Assembly: GCA_963719505.1 (NCBI GenBank)
Contig: CAVRCF010000001.1
Span: 896,001 to 960,000 of the forward strand
From: Halobacteriovoraceae bacterium
GTDB lineage: Bacteria > Bdellovibrionota > Bacteriovoracia > Bacteriovoracales > Bacteriovoracaceae
Direction: 5' to 3'
Length of the DNA: 64,000 bases
Position numbers and translations under genes: made by a program. Positions 1-10,393 of the stretch are shown here, one piece after another. The notes beneath the pieces were generated by a model. That model saw only the letters and a list, made by a program, of their open reading frames with translations, did no database searches and was not told the origin of the DNA. Each line of letters starts with the position of its first letter. Position 1 is the first letter of the stretch.

Positions 1-684
1 GCTTCTATGATTCACCGAATGTTAACTCGATGGGCTGAATCAAAAGGCTTTAAAGTTGAAGTGCTAGACCATCAATATGGAGATTCGGCCGGTATTAAGT
101 CGGTGACATTTACTGTTTCAGGAAACTACGCTTTTGGACTTATGAAGTCTGAAACCGGTATCCATAGATTGGTTAGAATCTCTCCCTTTGACTCTAACGC
201 GAGGAGACATACCTCATTTTGCTCGGTGTTCGTCTCACCTGAAGTCGATGACACAATTGAGATTGAAATTTTAGATAAAGATATAAGAATTGACGTCTAT
301 CGCTCTGGTGGAGCTGGTGGACAATCTGTTAACACGACGGATTCTGCGGTTCGAATCACCCACAATCCTTCTGGAATTGTTGTGACCTGTCAAAATGAGA
401 GAAGCCAGCTGCAAAATAAAATGACGGCCATGAAAGTTTTAAAGTCCCGTCTCTACGAGAAAGAGATGGAGAAGAAAAGAGCAGAGCAGGCTGAGCAAGA
501 GGCGAATAAGAAAGAAATTGGTTGGGGCTCACAGATTAGATCTTACGTTTTACATCCTTACAAAATGGTGAAAGATCACCGGACAAATTGCGAAAGTGGA
601 AATGCGGATAAAGTTCTAGACGGTGATATAGACGACTTCCAAAAGTCATTTTTACAGTGGCGAGCCCTCAGCGATTCAGAGTAA
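1..684 (+). CDS. prfB: Peptide chain release factor 2, 5'-partial
   Basis: SPF tripeptide ([15 protein letters not shown]), GGQ motif ([15 protein letters not shown]), WGSQIRSYV; directly upstream of lysS. Confidence 0.97.
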   Translation, partial: ASMIHRMLTRWAESKGFKVEVLDHQYGDSAGIKSVTFTVSGNYAFGLMKSETGIHRLVRISPFDSNARRHTSFCSVFVSPEVDDTIEIEILDKDIRIDVYRSGGAGGQSVNTTDSAVRITHNPSGIVVTCQNERSQLQNKMTAMKVLKSRLYEKEMEKKRAEQAEQEANKKEIGWGSQIRSYVLHPYKMVKDHRTNCESGNADKVLDGDIDDFQKSFLQWRALSDSE

Positions 685-767
685 TTAATTGCCATATACT
701 GGGCAAATCGTTATTATCTTTTCCACATCTAAACACTGTAATTTAAGCCGAAAATAAAGGATATGAC

Positions 768-2315
768 GTGAAAGAAAAGTATATTTCTCAATGGGAAAAT
801 CTCTATAGCGAACAAATGAATGTTAGACGCGATAAAAGAGCGAAACTAATCGAGCAGGGCTCACATCCTTATAAGCACAATATTAAACCATCCATTAAAG
901 CAAAAAAGCTTATCGAACTCTACAGTGATAAAGCAAAAGAAGATATCGGCGAAACAGAAGATTACTCCGTTGCAGGTCGCGCCCTTTTAGTTCGTGACTT
1001 TGGCAAGGCAGCCTTTATCCAAATAGACGATGGTTCCAGCCGTTTTCAACTTTATGTTAAGAAAAGCATCACCAGCGAAGAGGGATTTGCTGATTACAAA
1101 CTTTGTGACTACGGTGATATCGTTTATGCAAAAGGTAAAATGTTTAAAACAAATAAAGGTGAGCTTACACTTGAGGCTCATGACTTTAAAGTTGTAACAA
1201 AGTCATTAAGACCACTTCCAGAAAAATTTCACGGATTAACTGATACTGAGTCTCGTTATAGAATGAGATATGTCGATCTTATTATGAATCCAGAGTCGCG
1301 CGAAAAGCTAATGCTTAGGTCTCGAATTGTCAGATACATAAGAGAATTCTTCTATAAGGATAATTGGCTTGAAGTTGAAACTCCTATGATGCATTCAGTT
1401 GCTGGTGGAGCTGTAGCGAAGCCTTTTAATACTCATCACAATGCTTTAGATATGGAGCTCTTTATGAGAATTGCTCCTGAGCTTCATTTAAAAAGACTTA
1501 TTGTTGGTGGCTATGAAAAAGTATTCGAGATGAATAGATGTTTCAGAAATGAAGGACTCTCGCTAAAGCATAATCCAGAGTTTACTTCAGTTGAGTTTTA
1601 CCAAGCTTATGCAACTTATGAAGATCTAATGGTTTTAACAGAAGAGCTTATCCATGGTTTGGCAAAAGATGTCATAGGTAATCCAACTATTACTTTTGGT
1701 GAAAATAAAATAGACTTTGGAAGCAAGTTTAGACGTCTTCCAATGGCCGATGCTGTGGTTGAATACACTGACCTATCTCACGATGATCTCCAAGATAAAG
1801 ACAAAATGATCACTCTTTTACTTTCTAAAAAAGAGCTCGGAGCTAAAAAAGATGAACTTGGAAAACTTAGTCCAGCAAAACTAATGGTTCTTTGTTTTGA
1901 AGAATTTGTTGAAGAAAATTTAATCAATCCAACTTTTATCACTCATTACCCGACAGAAATTTCTCCACTATCAAGAAGAAATGATGACAATGGCGACTTT
2001 GTAGATCGTTTCGAACTTTTTATTAACGGTTGGGAAATTGCAAATGCCTTTAACGAGCTTAATGATCCAAGCGATCAGCTGAGCCGTTTTGCAGATCAAG
2101 CGGTCTTGAAAGAGGGGGGAGATGACGAAGCCTGTGATCCAGATTATGACTTCGTTAGAGCTCTAGAGTATGGAATGCCTCCAACTGCGGGAGAAGGAAT
2201 TGGTATCGATAGACTTTGTATGTTGTTAACAAACAGTACAACAATAAAAGATGTCTTATTATTTCCACTTCTTAAAAAAGAAACTTTCTTTAGTGAAGAC
2301 GAGGGCGAGGCTTAA
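768..2315 (+). CDS. lysS: Lysine--tRNA ligase (class II)
   Basis: KSLRPLPEKFHGL, FRNEG, HNPEFT and YGMPPTAGEGIGIDRL motifs. Confidence 0.98.
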   Translation: MKEKYISQWENLYSEQMNVRRDKRAKLIEQGSHPYKHNIKPSIKAKKLIELYSDKAKEDIGETEDYSVAGRALLVRDFGKAAFIQIDDGSSRFQLYVKKSITSEEGFADYKLCDYGDIVYAKGKMFKTNKGELTLEAHDFKVVTKSLRPLPEKFHGLTDTESRYRMRYVDLIMNPESREKLMLRSRIVRYIREFFYKDNWLEVETPMMHSVAGGAVAKPFNTHHNALDMELFMRIAPELHLKRLIVGGYEKVFEMNRCFRNEGLSLKHNPEFTSVEFYQAYATYEDLMVLTEELIHGLAKDVIGNPTITFGENKIDFGSKFRRLPMADAVVEYTDLSHDDLQDKDKMITLLLSKKELGAKKDELGKLSPAKLMVLCFEEFVEENLINPTFITHYPTEISPLSRRNDDNGDFVDRFELFINGWEIANAFNELNDPSDQLSRFADQAVLKEGGDDEACDPDYDFVRALEYGMPPTAGEGIGIDRLCMLLTNSTTIKDVLLFPLLKKETFFSEDEGEA

Positions 2316-2327
2316 TCGCCCTCCCTT

Positions 2328-3518
2328 ATGAAGCTTTCTTTTACTTCATTTTTAAAAATCCTACTTGAGGGAAAGTCCGCAAAAAGATTTTTGGTTGGAG
2401 TTATAGGAAGCTTCGGCTTCTCGATCTCAGTTATCCTGAGCACGATCGGCCTCATGGACGGTTTTGAATCAACACTTATTGAATCTTTAAAAAACTCTAA
2501 CGGTGATCTCATCGTTAAAAAACGCTCGGGCTTTTTCCTTTTTAATGATGAAATAAAGTCTTTAAAAAATCTTGATTATATTGAAGAACTCACACCAATT
2601 GTCCAAGTTGAAGCTTTTGCTATTACAGAGGGTGCAGCTTCTGGAGTTCTTGTTAAAGGGATAGAGCCTAAAAGTTTCGAGCAAGTAACGAACCTTGGAA
2701 TTAAATTGAAACAAGGACAAGTTGCTATCGGGGTAGAACTCTCTGAAAAATACAAGCTCTCGGTTGGTGACTCTATAACTCTTACTTTTGCTTCAAATCA
2801 AAAAGTTAATCAGGGTGCTCCTATTTTGAAAAATTTTATCATCGGAGATATAGCCAATCATAGAGTGTATGAAAAAGATCTGCGTTTTATATACGCCGAC
2901 AAAAAAGAACTCTTAGAGGTTTTGAATTACAAAGAAGAAACAGCAAATACTTTGCTCGTCACAACATCAAAGTATGAAGTGCCAGAACTTTTGGAGGCTT
3001 ATCAAGAATTATTAGAGAAAAAGCTTGATCAAGACTTCACTGTAAGTACTTATTGGAGTGAGTTTAAAGTTCTTTTAAACGCCGTTGAAGTTGAGAAGTT
3101 TTCAATCTCCCTTATTCTTCAGTTGATAGTTATTGTGGCCATCTTTAATATTATTGCTTTTATTATCTTTATTTCAGAAAAAAAGTCTCAAGAGTTTTTT
3201 CTCTTAAGAGTTTTGGGAATAAATCTTAAAACAGTCGTTCGTTTTTGGCTTTTTATGCTGGGGTTCTTGTGGCTGGTCTCATGCGCTGTGGCTTTGGTAC
3301 TAACCTATATCTTCGATATTCTTATTGCAAACCTCTCCTTTTTTAAACTGCCTGGAGACATCTATGTTTTAAGTCGCTTGGGCATTGACCTGGAGTTTAC
3401 AGACTACCTGTTGGTTTTTGGATTAGCACTGGTTTGGATCTTCCTTATAGGAACGCTAAGTATATTGAAATTAAAAAAGAAGACCCTTTTACAAGGGTTG
3501 AGACAGGAGTTTAATTAG
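2328..3518 (+). CDS. LolC/E-like (FtsX/MacB family) ABC permease
   Basis: N-terminal TM, large periplasmic loop, three C-terminal TMs, LPGDIYVLS motif; adjacent to a lolD-like ATPase. Confidence 0.85.
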   Translation: MKLSFTSFLKILLEGKSAKRFLVGVIGSFGFSISVILSTIGLMDGFESTLIESLKNSNGDLIVKKRSGFFLFNDEIKSLKNLDYIEELTPIVQVEAFAITEGAASGVLVKGIEPKSFEQVTNLGIKLKQGQVAIGVELSEKYKLSVGDSITLTFASNQKVNQGAPILKNFIIGDIANHRVYEKDLRFIYADKKELLEVLNYKEETANTLLVTTSKYEVPELLEAYQELLEKKLDQDFTVSTYWSEFKVLLNAVEVEKFSISLILQLIVIVAIFNIIAFIIFISEKKSQEFFLLRVLGINLKTVVRFWLFMLGFLWLVSCAVALVLTYIFDILIANLSFFKLPGDIYVLSRLGIDLEFTDYLLVFGLALVWIFLIGTLSILKLKKKTLLQGLRQEFN

Positions 3519-4177
3519 TGGGATTTATAAAAGTTTCTGATGTAAGAAAGTCATTTGGAAAAACAAGTGTTCTCAATGGTGTTGATTTTGAAATCAATAA
3601 AGGCGATCAAGTCTCTTTGGTGGGGATGAGTGGATCGGGGAAATCGACTCTTCTGTACTTGCTAGGCGGATTAGATAAGCCAAGTTCTGGAAAAATTGAA
3701 ATAGACGGAAAACTTATATCGACGTTAGCAGATGATGATTTAGCGCGCTTTAGAAATCAAGATGTGGGCTTTGTGTTCCAATTTCACTATCTTCTTCCCT
3801 CAATGAATTGCCTTGATAATTTACTTTTGCCCGCCAAAATTGGTGGCGCGGATCTTACTTCGGTAAAAAAATATGTGATTGAATTGAGCGAAAAGTTGGG
3901 GGTTGGGCACTGTTTGGAAAAATTTCCTTACGAAATCTCTGGCGGAGAGCAGCAAAGGGTTAATATTATTCGAGCAGTCTCTCTCAATCCAAGTTTGATC
4001 CTGTGCGACGAGCCAACTGGTAATTTAGATTCGAAGAATTCCGCATTAGTTGTGGCTTTATTGCGAGAGATAAGTGAAAGAATTAACGCGACACTAATCC
4101 TTGTAACGCACGATCCAACCATCGCGTCGCAGCTTCAGAGAAAAATATCAATTGAAGATGGTCGGATAATTGGTTAG
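3518..4177 (+). CDS. lolD: LolD-like ABC ATP-binding protein
   Basis: Walker A GMSGSGKST, GFVFQFHYLL, SGGEQQRV, DEPTGNLD. Confidence 0.9.
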   Translation: MGFIKVSDVRKSFGKTSVLNGVDFEINKGDQVSLVGMSGSGKSTLLYLLGGLDKPSSGKIEIDGKLISTLADDDLARFRNQDVGFVFQFHYLLPSMNCLDNLLLPAKIGGADLTSVKKYVIELSEKLGVGHCLEKFPYEISGGEQQRVNIIRAVSLNPSLILCDEPTGNLDSKNSALVVALLREISERINATLILVTHDPTIASQLQRKISIEDGRIIG

Positions 4178-4230
4178 GATAGCCTCAAGTTATTAATTTT
4201 AGTAGAGAACAATACAAGGTTGTTCGCTTA

Positions 4231-6542
4231 ATGAAAAATATCAGTAGGGGTTATTGTCCTATTGATCCCAATATATCAATTGCTCAAGATTCATTTGGTA
4301 ATTTTAAAGAACTGTTTAAAATAGAAGAAATTAAAATCGTCGGGGCAAAAAAAGTTGAACCCGAGGCAATCTCCGAAAAACTCACGTTAAAAAAAGGTAC
4401 AATTGCTGACAATTGTACTTTGCGCTCAGATATTAAGACAATTTATGAAATGAAGTACTTTGAATCAGTGGAAGCTCATCAAGAAACCATAAAGGGTAAA
4501 AAAATTCTCGTGATTAGAGTTATGGAAAAGCCCATTATTAGCGTTATCCGGTTTGAAGGAAACGACGAAGTTTCAGCAGATGATCTTAAAGAGCAACTGA
4601 AAACTAAAGAATATAATATCTTGGATGTCAACACGATTAAAGGTGATGTCGTCCTTCTGCAGAAGTATTACGAGGAAAAGGGATACTTTCTCGCCAATGT
4701 TGACTATGAACTAGTTAAAAATGAAGTTGGCGGTCTAGATCTTGTCTTAAAGTTAAAGAGTTTTATAAAGTACGAGTTAAGAAAATAATCTTTCTAGGAA
4801 ACCAAGAAGTTCCGGATAATGAACTCAAGCCTATTATGGAAACCCAAGAAGAGACTCTTTTTTCTGGTTTCAGTGGTTCTGGAAACTTTAAAGAGTTCTA
4901 TCTTTCAAACTGATATTGAAAGACTTAAGTACTTTATAAGACTAAAGGATATTTACAAGTCAATATAGGAAATCCTCAGATCACTGTTTCAGAAGATAAG
5001 AAGTGGATTTTTATTACTATAAGAGTAAAAGAAGGACCAAAGTTCACCGTCAATGATATCTTTTATAATGGTGAGCTCTTATTCACTGAAGGTGAACTGA
5101 GAGAGAAGACTCAGCTGCAAGGCGGAGACACCTATTCTGAAGAAGAACTTCGCCATGATATTCAAATGTTGACTGAGATGTATCAAGATAAAGGGTACGC
5201 TTTTGCCAACGTTCTCAGAACTCTTGAAATTGTTCCAGGTGAAAATAAAGTGGATATTTACTACTCTTTTGAAAAAGGTAATATCGCTTACTTTGGAAAA
5301 ATAATTGTCAAAGGAAACACAAAAACAAGAGATAAGGTTGTTAGGCGAGAGCTGAGAATTACCGAAGGAATGATGTATTCTGGAAGTAAGCTTAGACGAT
5401 CAAAAGCAAATGTTAACCGTCTTGGGTTCTTTGAGCCAAATAGTGTTATTTTCAACACAGTTTCTCCTAAAGGAAAAGACAATGTTTTAGATGTTGAAAT
5501 TTCTATTAAAGAGAGACAAACAGGGCAGATTTCATTGGGAGCTGGTTACTCCACTGCAACAAAGGGATTTTTTCAAGCTTCGATTGCACAAAATAACTTT
5601 ATGGGTAAAGGTCAAAACCTAAACTTTAACATCTCTCTAGCTGAGCAGCAAAAAACCTTTAACCTCGGTTTTACCGAGCCTTACTTTCTCGATAGTCTTT
5701 GGACAGCTGGTGGAGATATCTATCAGACACAAAACGGGTTATTGACTTCTTTCTCGTCAAAAAAATGGGGAGCAGATGTTCGAGTCGGTTATCCAATTGG
5801 AGAATACACCAGAGTATTCCTCACGGTTAGACATGAAAAAACTGAAATTGAAAATGTAAGAAATCCAACGATCGATGTTGATATTGAAAATGGAACAGCG
5901 GCAACGGTTAAAACCTCTGTTCGCTATGATAAAAGAAATAACGTATTTGAACCAACTGATGGAGTCTATGGAAATCTCTCTGTTGAGTATGCAGGTCTCT
6001 ACGGTGATCAAGAATGGTTGAAAGGATCTGCAGAGTCTCGATTCTACTATCCAGTTGCTGGTGAGCTCATTTTTAGAAGTCGATTCTTAGTTGAGCAGCT
6101 GATTAAAACAACTGATAGAGCCCTTCCAAGAACGGAAAAGTTTCAACTTGGTGGTTCGAGAAATATGCGTGGATACAACTTTGAAGACGTTGGTCCAAAA
6201 ATTGAGCGCGTTCCAAGAGATGAGGAAGATGATCCGAATGCTGAAACTCAAGTTTTCAATGTCGGTGGTGTTTTCTCTGTTCTTGGTACTTTTGAATTTG
6301 AACATCCTCTTATTAAAGAAGCCGGATTAAAATGGGTTCTTTTCTACGATGTAGGTAACGTATATGCTGACGCAAGCGGAAATGATGGAGAGTATGACCT
6401 TCGCCAGGATTATGGTTTTGGATTTAGATGGTTCTCACCAATTGGAGTTTTGAGGTTTGAATTTGGATACCCAATTGATCCAGAACCAGGACTAAATCAA
6501 GAGGGGCAGAAGTTCCACTTTGATATTGGACAGCTATTTTAA
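4231..6542 (+). CDS. bamA: Outer membrane protein assembly factor BamA, split by several apparent indels (about 4235-4280 and 4750-4940)
   Basis: POTRA repeats in 4231-4788; coding-like intervening frames (KVRVKKIIFLGNQEV..., QTDIERLKY..., KTKGYLQV...); C-terminal barrel with MRGY, WFSPIGVLRFEFG and terminal FDIGQLF. Confidence 0.93.
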
Positions 6543-6584
6543 TTTATTTTTACAACGATATAAAAGAATCTACAGGAGATACAC

Positions 6585-7085
6585 ATGAAACAATTTATTT
6601 TAATGACAGTTTTGATCCTATCAGTCTCAGCTTTTGCCGAGGTCAAAGTGGGAATCGTCAATATCCAAAAGGTCATTACAACAATAAAAGCTGGTAAGAG
6701 TGTAATGAAAACTTTAGAAAAATCATTCAAGTCAAAGCAAAAACAACTTAAACAAGAAGAATCAGAAATCAAAAAACTTCAAGAAAGTATCCAAAAGCAA
6801 GCTTCTCTTTTGTCAAAAACGGCTCTCGCAAAGAAGGATCAAGAGATGAGAACAAAAATTCAAGCTCTTCAACAAAAGACAATGCAATATCAAAAAGAAA
6901 TTCAAAAACAAGAGGCTGAGCTAAAGAAGCCAATTCTTGATAAGCTTAAACCTATTATTGATGAAGTATCAAAAGAGATGAAAGTGGCTTTAACTTTTGA
7001 AAAGTCAGCTTCACCAGTGGTCTATGCCGAAAGTGAAATTGATATTACAGATGCGGTTATTAAGGCTTACGATAAAAAGAACTAA
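6585..7085 (+). CDS. skp: OmpH/Skp periplasmic chaperone
   Basis: Signal peptide, KVGIVNIQKV, coiled coil, DITDAVIK; located between bamA and lpxD. Confidence 0.92.
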   Translation: MKQFILMTVLILSVSAFAEVKVGIVNIQKVITTIKAGKSVMKTLEKSFKSKQKQLKQEESEIKKLQESIQKQASLLSKTALAKKDQEMRTKIQALQQKTMQYQKEIQKQEAELKKPILDKLKPIIDEVSKEMKVALTFEKSASPVVYAESEIDITDAVIKAYDKKN

Positions 7086-7088
7086 ATT

Positions 7089-8117
7089 GTGAAAGCCCAA
7101 GAACTAAAAAATATTGATAAAAGCTTTAATATTTGCTTTGGAGATGAGGCCTCAGTTGAGGTCTCTTCTATTTCTCACGCCTATGAACCCAATGATGAAA
7201 CGTTTATTTTTATAAAAAATAAAAAGTTTCTTTCAGAAATTGGAAGGCTTTCAAAAAATATTAAATTTTTAAAAACGGGAATCGTTTTTGAGAAAAGCTT
7301 TTATGAATCTCTGACAGACATTTCAGACCTAAAAGAAAAATTCCTTTGGTTTGCAACCGTTGACGACGTCAACCGAGCAATGTGCCACTTTTCAAAACCT
7401 TTTTATGATAAAAAATATGGAGAGCTCAACTACTTTGTCGATGGTCGCCAAATGGGCTCGGCTAAAATTGATCCTTTCTCCGATATAGCTCAAAATGTTT
7501 TTATTGGAGAGAATGTAATAATTGAAAAAAATGTGCGCATTTATCCAGGCTCAGTTATTTTGCCTCATTGTCATATTTCCCAAGGAACAATTATTTATCC
7601 AAATGTAACTCTTTATCCATTTTCAAATATTGGAGAAAATTGTCGGATTCATTCGGGAACAACTATTGGGACTGATGGCTTTGGCTATAATTTTTTTGAC
7701 GGCTCTCACCATAAAGTTTGGCACTTAGCTGGTGTGGAAATTTCTTCAGATGTAGAAATTGGAGCTTCAAGTAAAATTGATGGTGGAGCATTTATCCCTA
7801 CTCGTATTGGGAAGGGAACAAAAATTGATAACCTTGTGCAAATTTCACACAATGCTCAAATTGGTGAGCATAATATATTTGCGGGTAAGTCTGGAGTCGC
7901 TGGCAGTGCCGAGACAGATAGTTATTGTGTGTTTGCGGCTTCATCAGGAACCGCTCCCGGGGCAAGACTAGGCAAGGGATGTCAAGTTGCAGCTTTAAGT
8001 GTCGTTAGTGAAAATGCAATTGTAGCCCCAGGAAGTATTTTGAGTGGGCATCCAGCGAGACCTTTAAAAGAATGGCTTAAGTCTCAAGCAAAATTAAGGC
8101 AACTTATTAATAAGTAA
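7089..8117 (+). CDS. lpxD: UDP-3-O-acyl-glucosamine N-acyltransferase
   Basis: Hexapeptide repeats, IGTDGFGY, TKIDNLVQISHN. Confidence 0.93.
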   Translation: MKAQELKNIDKSFNICFGDEASVEVSSISHAYEPNDETFIFIKNKKFLSEIGRLSKNIKFLKTGIVFEKSFYESLTDISDLKEKFLWFATVDDVNRAMCHFSKPFYDKKYGELNYFVDGRQMGSAKIDPFSDIAQNVFIGENVIIEKNVRIYPGSVILPHCHISQGTIIYPNVTLYPFSNIGENCRIHSGTTIGTDGFGYNFFDGSHHKVWHLAGVEISSDVEIGASSKIDGGAFIPTRIGKGTKIDNLVQISHNAQIGEHNIFAGKSGVAGSAETDSYCVFAASSGTAPGARLGKGCQVAALSVVSENAIVAPGSILSGHPARPLKEWLKSQAKLRQLINK

Positions 8118-8122
8118 AAGGG

Positions 8123-8629
8123 TTGATTATGTTACTAAATGATTTTGAAGTAAAAAAGTTTCTTCCTCACAGAGCACCTTTTCTTTTTATTGATACGGTA
8201 GGCGAGTTGATCGTTCCCGATTCTTTCAAAGCTATTGAGAATCCAGGAACCCGAGATTTAATCGGAATTAAGGTTGTCGCTCATTTTGAAGTAAAAGAAG
8301 ATTTGGAGATACTAAGAGGGCATTTCCCAGGAAACCCAATCCTTCCTGGTGTTGTTCAGGTAGAGATGATGGCGCAAGCTTCAGCTTTTATCTCGCTTCC
8401 TCTTAATAACCTCTCCATTACTGGACTCGATGTTGAGACTCTTTTAGTAAGTGTCGAGAAATCAAAGTTTAGAAAGCCAATCGTTCCAGGGATGAAGCTT
8501 GAGATCCATGCAACAATGACTAAAAACCGAGGAACAATAGCGAGTTATCAAGCAGAAATTTTTTGTGATGGAGAAAAGACTTCCGAAGCAGAGTTTTTAG
8601 CAAAATTAGAAATAAAAAAGGAAAAGTAA
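8123..8629 (+). CDS. fabZ: 3-hydroxyacyl-ACP dehydratase
   Basis: LPHRAPFLFID, GHFPGNPILPGV..EMMAQ, KFRKPIVPG. Confidence 0.95.
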   Translation: MIMLLNDFEVKKFLPHRAPFLFIDTVGELIVPDSFKAIENPGTRDLIGIKVVAHFEVKEDLEILRGHFPGNPILPGVVQVEMMAQASAFISLPLNNLSITGLDVETLLVSVEKSKFRKPIVPGMKLEIHATMTKNRGTIASYQAEIFCDGEKTSEAEFLAKLEIKKEK

Positions 8630-8630
8630 A

Positions 8631-9425
8631 ATGAGTGTTAAAATTCATCCAACAGCAATTGTTGAAGAGGGTGCCCAGTTCGGAGAAAATGTCATCATAG
8701 GACCATATTGTATGATTGGCCCGAACGTAAAGATCGGAAGTAATACGGTCTTAAAGTCTCATGTGGTTGTTGAAGGCCATACAACGATTGGAGAGAATAA
8801 TGAATTCCATCAGTTCTCATCTATAGGAGTGCCTCCCCAGGATAAGACTTATAAAGGAGAGCCGACTCAGACGATCATTGGTGACAATAATCTCTTTAGA
8901 GAAGGGGTTACAATTCACAGAGCCACAACGAAGCAAGACCTTAAAACAATTGTTGGAAGTAACGGCTACTATATGGCCAACGTGCATATCGCTCACGACT
9001 GCGTAATAGGAAATAATATAACTTTGGCCAATGCTACTATGTGTGCTGGGCATGTTATTATTGATGACTTTGTTCAAATGGGTGGAGCTTGCGGTGTCAC
9101 ACCTTTTTGTCATGTTGGACAGGGATCTTTCATCGGAGCAGCTTCTGCGATTGATAAAGATGTTCCTCAGTACACAACTGCTTTTGGAAATAGAATCAAA
9201 TTAAAAGGCGTTAATATTATTGGAATGAAAAGAAGAGGCCACTCAAAAGATAAGATTTCTGAGTACGTTGATTTTTTCAGAATGATGGAGTCTTCGGCTT
9301 TATCTCCGAAAGCTTTTGTGGATCATCCAGAGTTTATGGATGAATATAAAACAAATGAAATTGTTCAAGAAGTAGTCGCTTTCATTAAGAAAAGTGAAAT
9401 CGGTCTTGCTCCGTTCATGTCTTAA
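8631..9425 (+). CDS. lpxA: Acyl-ACP--UDP-N-acetylglucosamine acyltransferase
   Basis: IHPTAIVE, PQDKTYKGE, REGVTIHRAT, HIAHDC. Confidence 0.96.
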   Translation: MSVKIHPTAIVEEGAQFGENVIIGPYCMIGPNVKIGSNTVLKSHVVVEGHTTIGENNEFHQFSSIGVPPQDKTYKGEPTQTIIGDNNLFREGVTIHRATTKQDLKTIVGSNGYYMANVHIAHDCVIGNNITLANATMCAGHVIIDDFVQMGGACGVTPFCHVGQGSFIGAASAIDKDVPQYTTAFGNRIKLKGVNIIGMKRRGHSKDKISEYVDFFRMMESSALSPKAFVDHPEFMDEYKTNEIVQEVVAFIKKSEIGLAPFMS

Positions 9426-9440
9426 AAAGTAGAGGTTTAG

Positions 9441-10391
9441 ATGAGTAAAATAAAAGTTGCAGTTTTAGGTTATGGACACTTGGGAAAGTGGCATTGTCAA
9501 AAAGTAGATGTCTGTGAAGAATCTTTTCTTTATGCGATTGTTGAGCCGTTTGAAAAAAATCAAATAGCAGCACGAGAAAATCATCCAAGCGCTAAGATCG
9601 TCTCTAGTATTGATGAGGTCATTGATGAAATTGATGCAGGAATCATAGTTACGCCGACCTCAACACACTTTGAAATGGCAAAAATACTACTAGAAAATAA
9701 AAAACATATCTTCTGTGAAAAACCACTTTGTTCTTCTTCTGAGGAAGTGGCAAAACTTGTCCCACTTCTTTGCGAGGATAAGGTTTTTCAAGTTGGACAC
9801 AGTGAAAGATGTCATAAAGCTTGGGAAGAACTCAGTGGCTACTTTAACGATTTATCGGGGCCGTTTAGCGCTGACCTAAATCGAGTTGCAGCTTTCAAGG
9901 GGAGAGCTACGGATGTCGATGTTGTCCAAGATCTGATGATCCATGACTTAGATTTAGTTCTTTTTCTCCTCAAGAAGAAACCCATTAGTGTTAAGGCTTA
10001 TGGTCATAAAATTAGAACAATTAAGTGGGACCACGCTACGGCCATTTTAGATTTTAAAGATGGAAGTATGGCAAAGGTTACTTCAGGAAGAAACCACGTG
10101 AAAGAAATTAGAGCTTTTGAACTCATGAGCGAAAAAGGATGTCTCTATGTAGACCTTTTTGAGAACTCATATGCTATTGGTACAAGTTCGGAGTTTGATA
10201 ATGGAGAGTTTGTCGAAAAGAAGAATTACGAAAAAAGAGATCATCTTCTTATTGAACATCAAAGTTTCTACTCATCGATCATTAACAAAGAAGAGCCAAT
10301 GGTTACTTTTGAACAAGGTGCTGCGATCGTTGAGTTAATTGATAGCGTGCTAAAGTCTCTTGATAAGAATGAAAAAGTTCTTTTGGATTAA
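9441..10391 (+). CDS. Gfo/Idh/MocA oxidoreductase, GnnA-like
   Basis: GYGHLG Rossmann motif, CEKP, QVGHSER, DVDVVQDLMIHDLD; located between lpxA and lpxB. Confidence 0.85.
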   Translation: MSKIKVAVLGYGHLGKWHCQKVDVCEESFLYAIVEPFEKNQIAARENHPSAKIVSSIDEVIDEIDAGIIVTPTSTHFEMAKILLENKKHIFCEKPLCSSSEEVAKLVPLLCEDKVFQVGHSERCHKAWEELSGYFNDLSGPFSADLNRVAAFKGRATDVDVVQDLMIHDLDLVLFLLKKKPISVKAYGHKIRTIKWDHATAILDFKDGSMAKVTSGRNHVKEIRAFELMSEKGCLYVDLFENSYAIGTSSEFDNGEFVEKKNYEKRDHLLIEHQSFYSSIINKEEPMVTFEQGAAIVELIDSVLKSLDKNEKVLLD

Positions 10392-10393
10392 GA

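Noticed and set aside
1-60. prfB programmed +1 frameshift site
   Set aside because: It would lie upstream of the window and cannot be assessed
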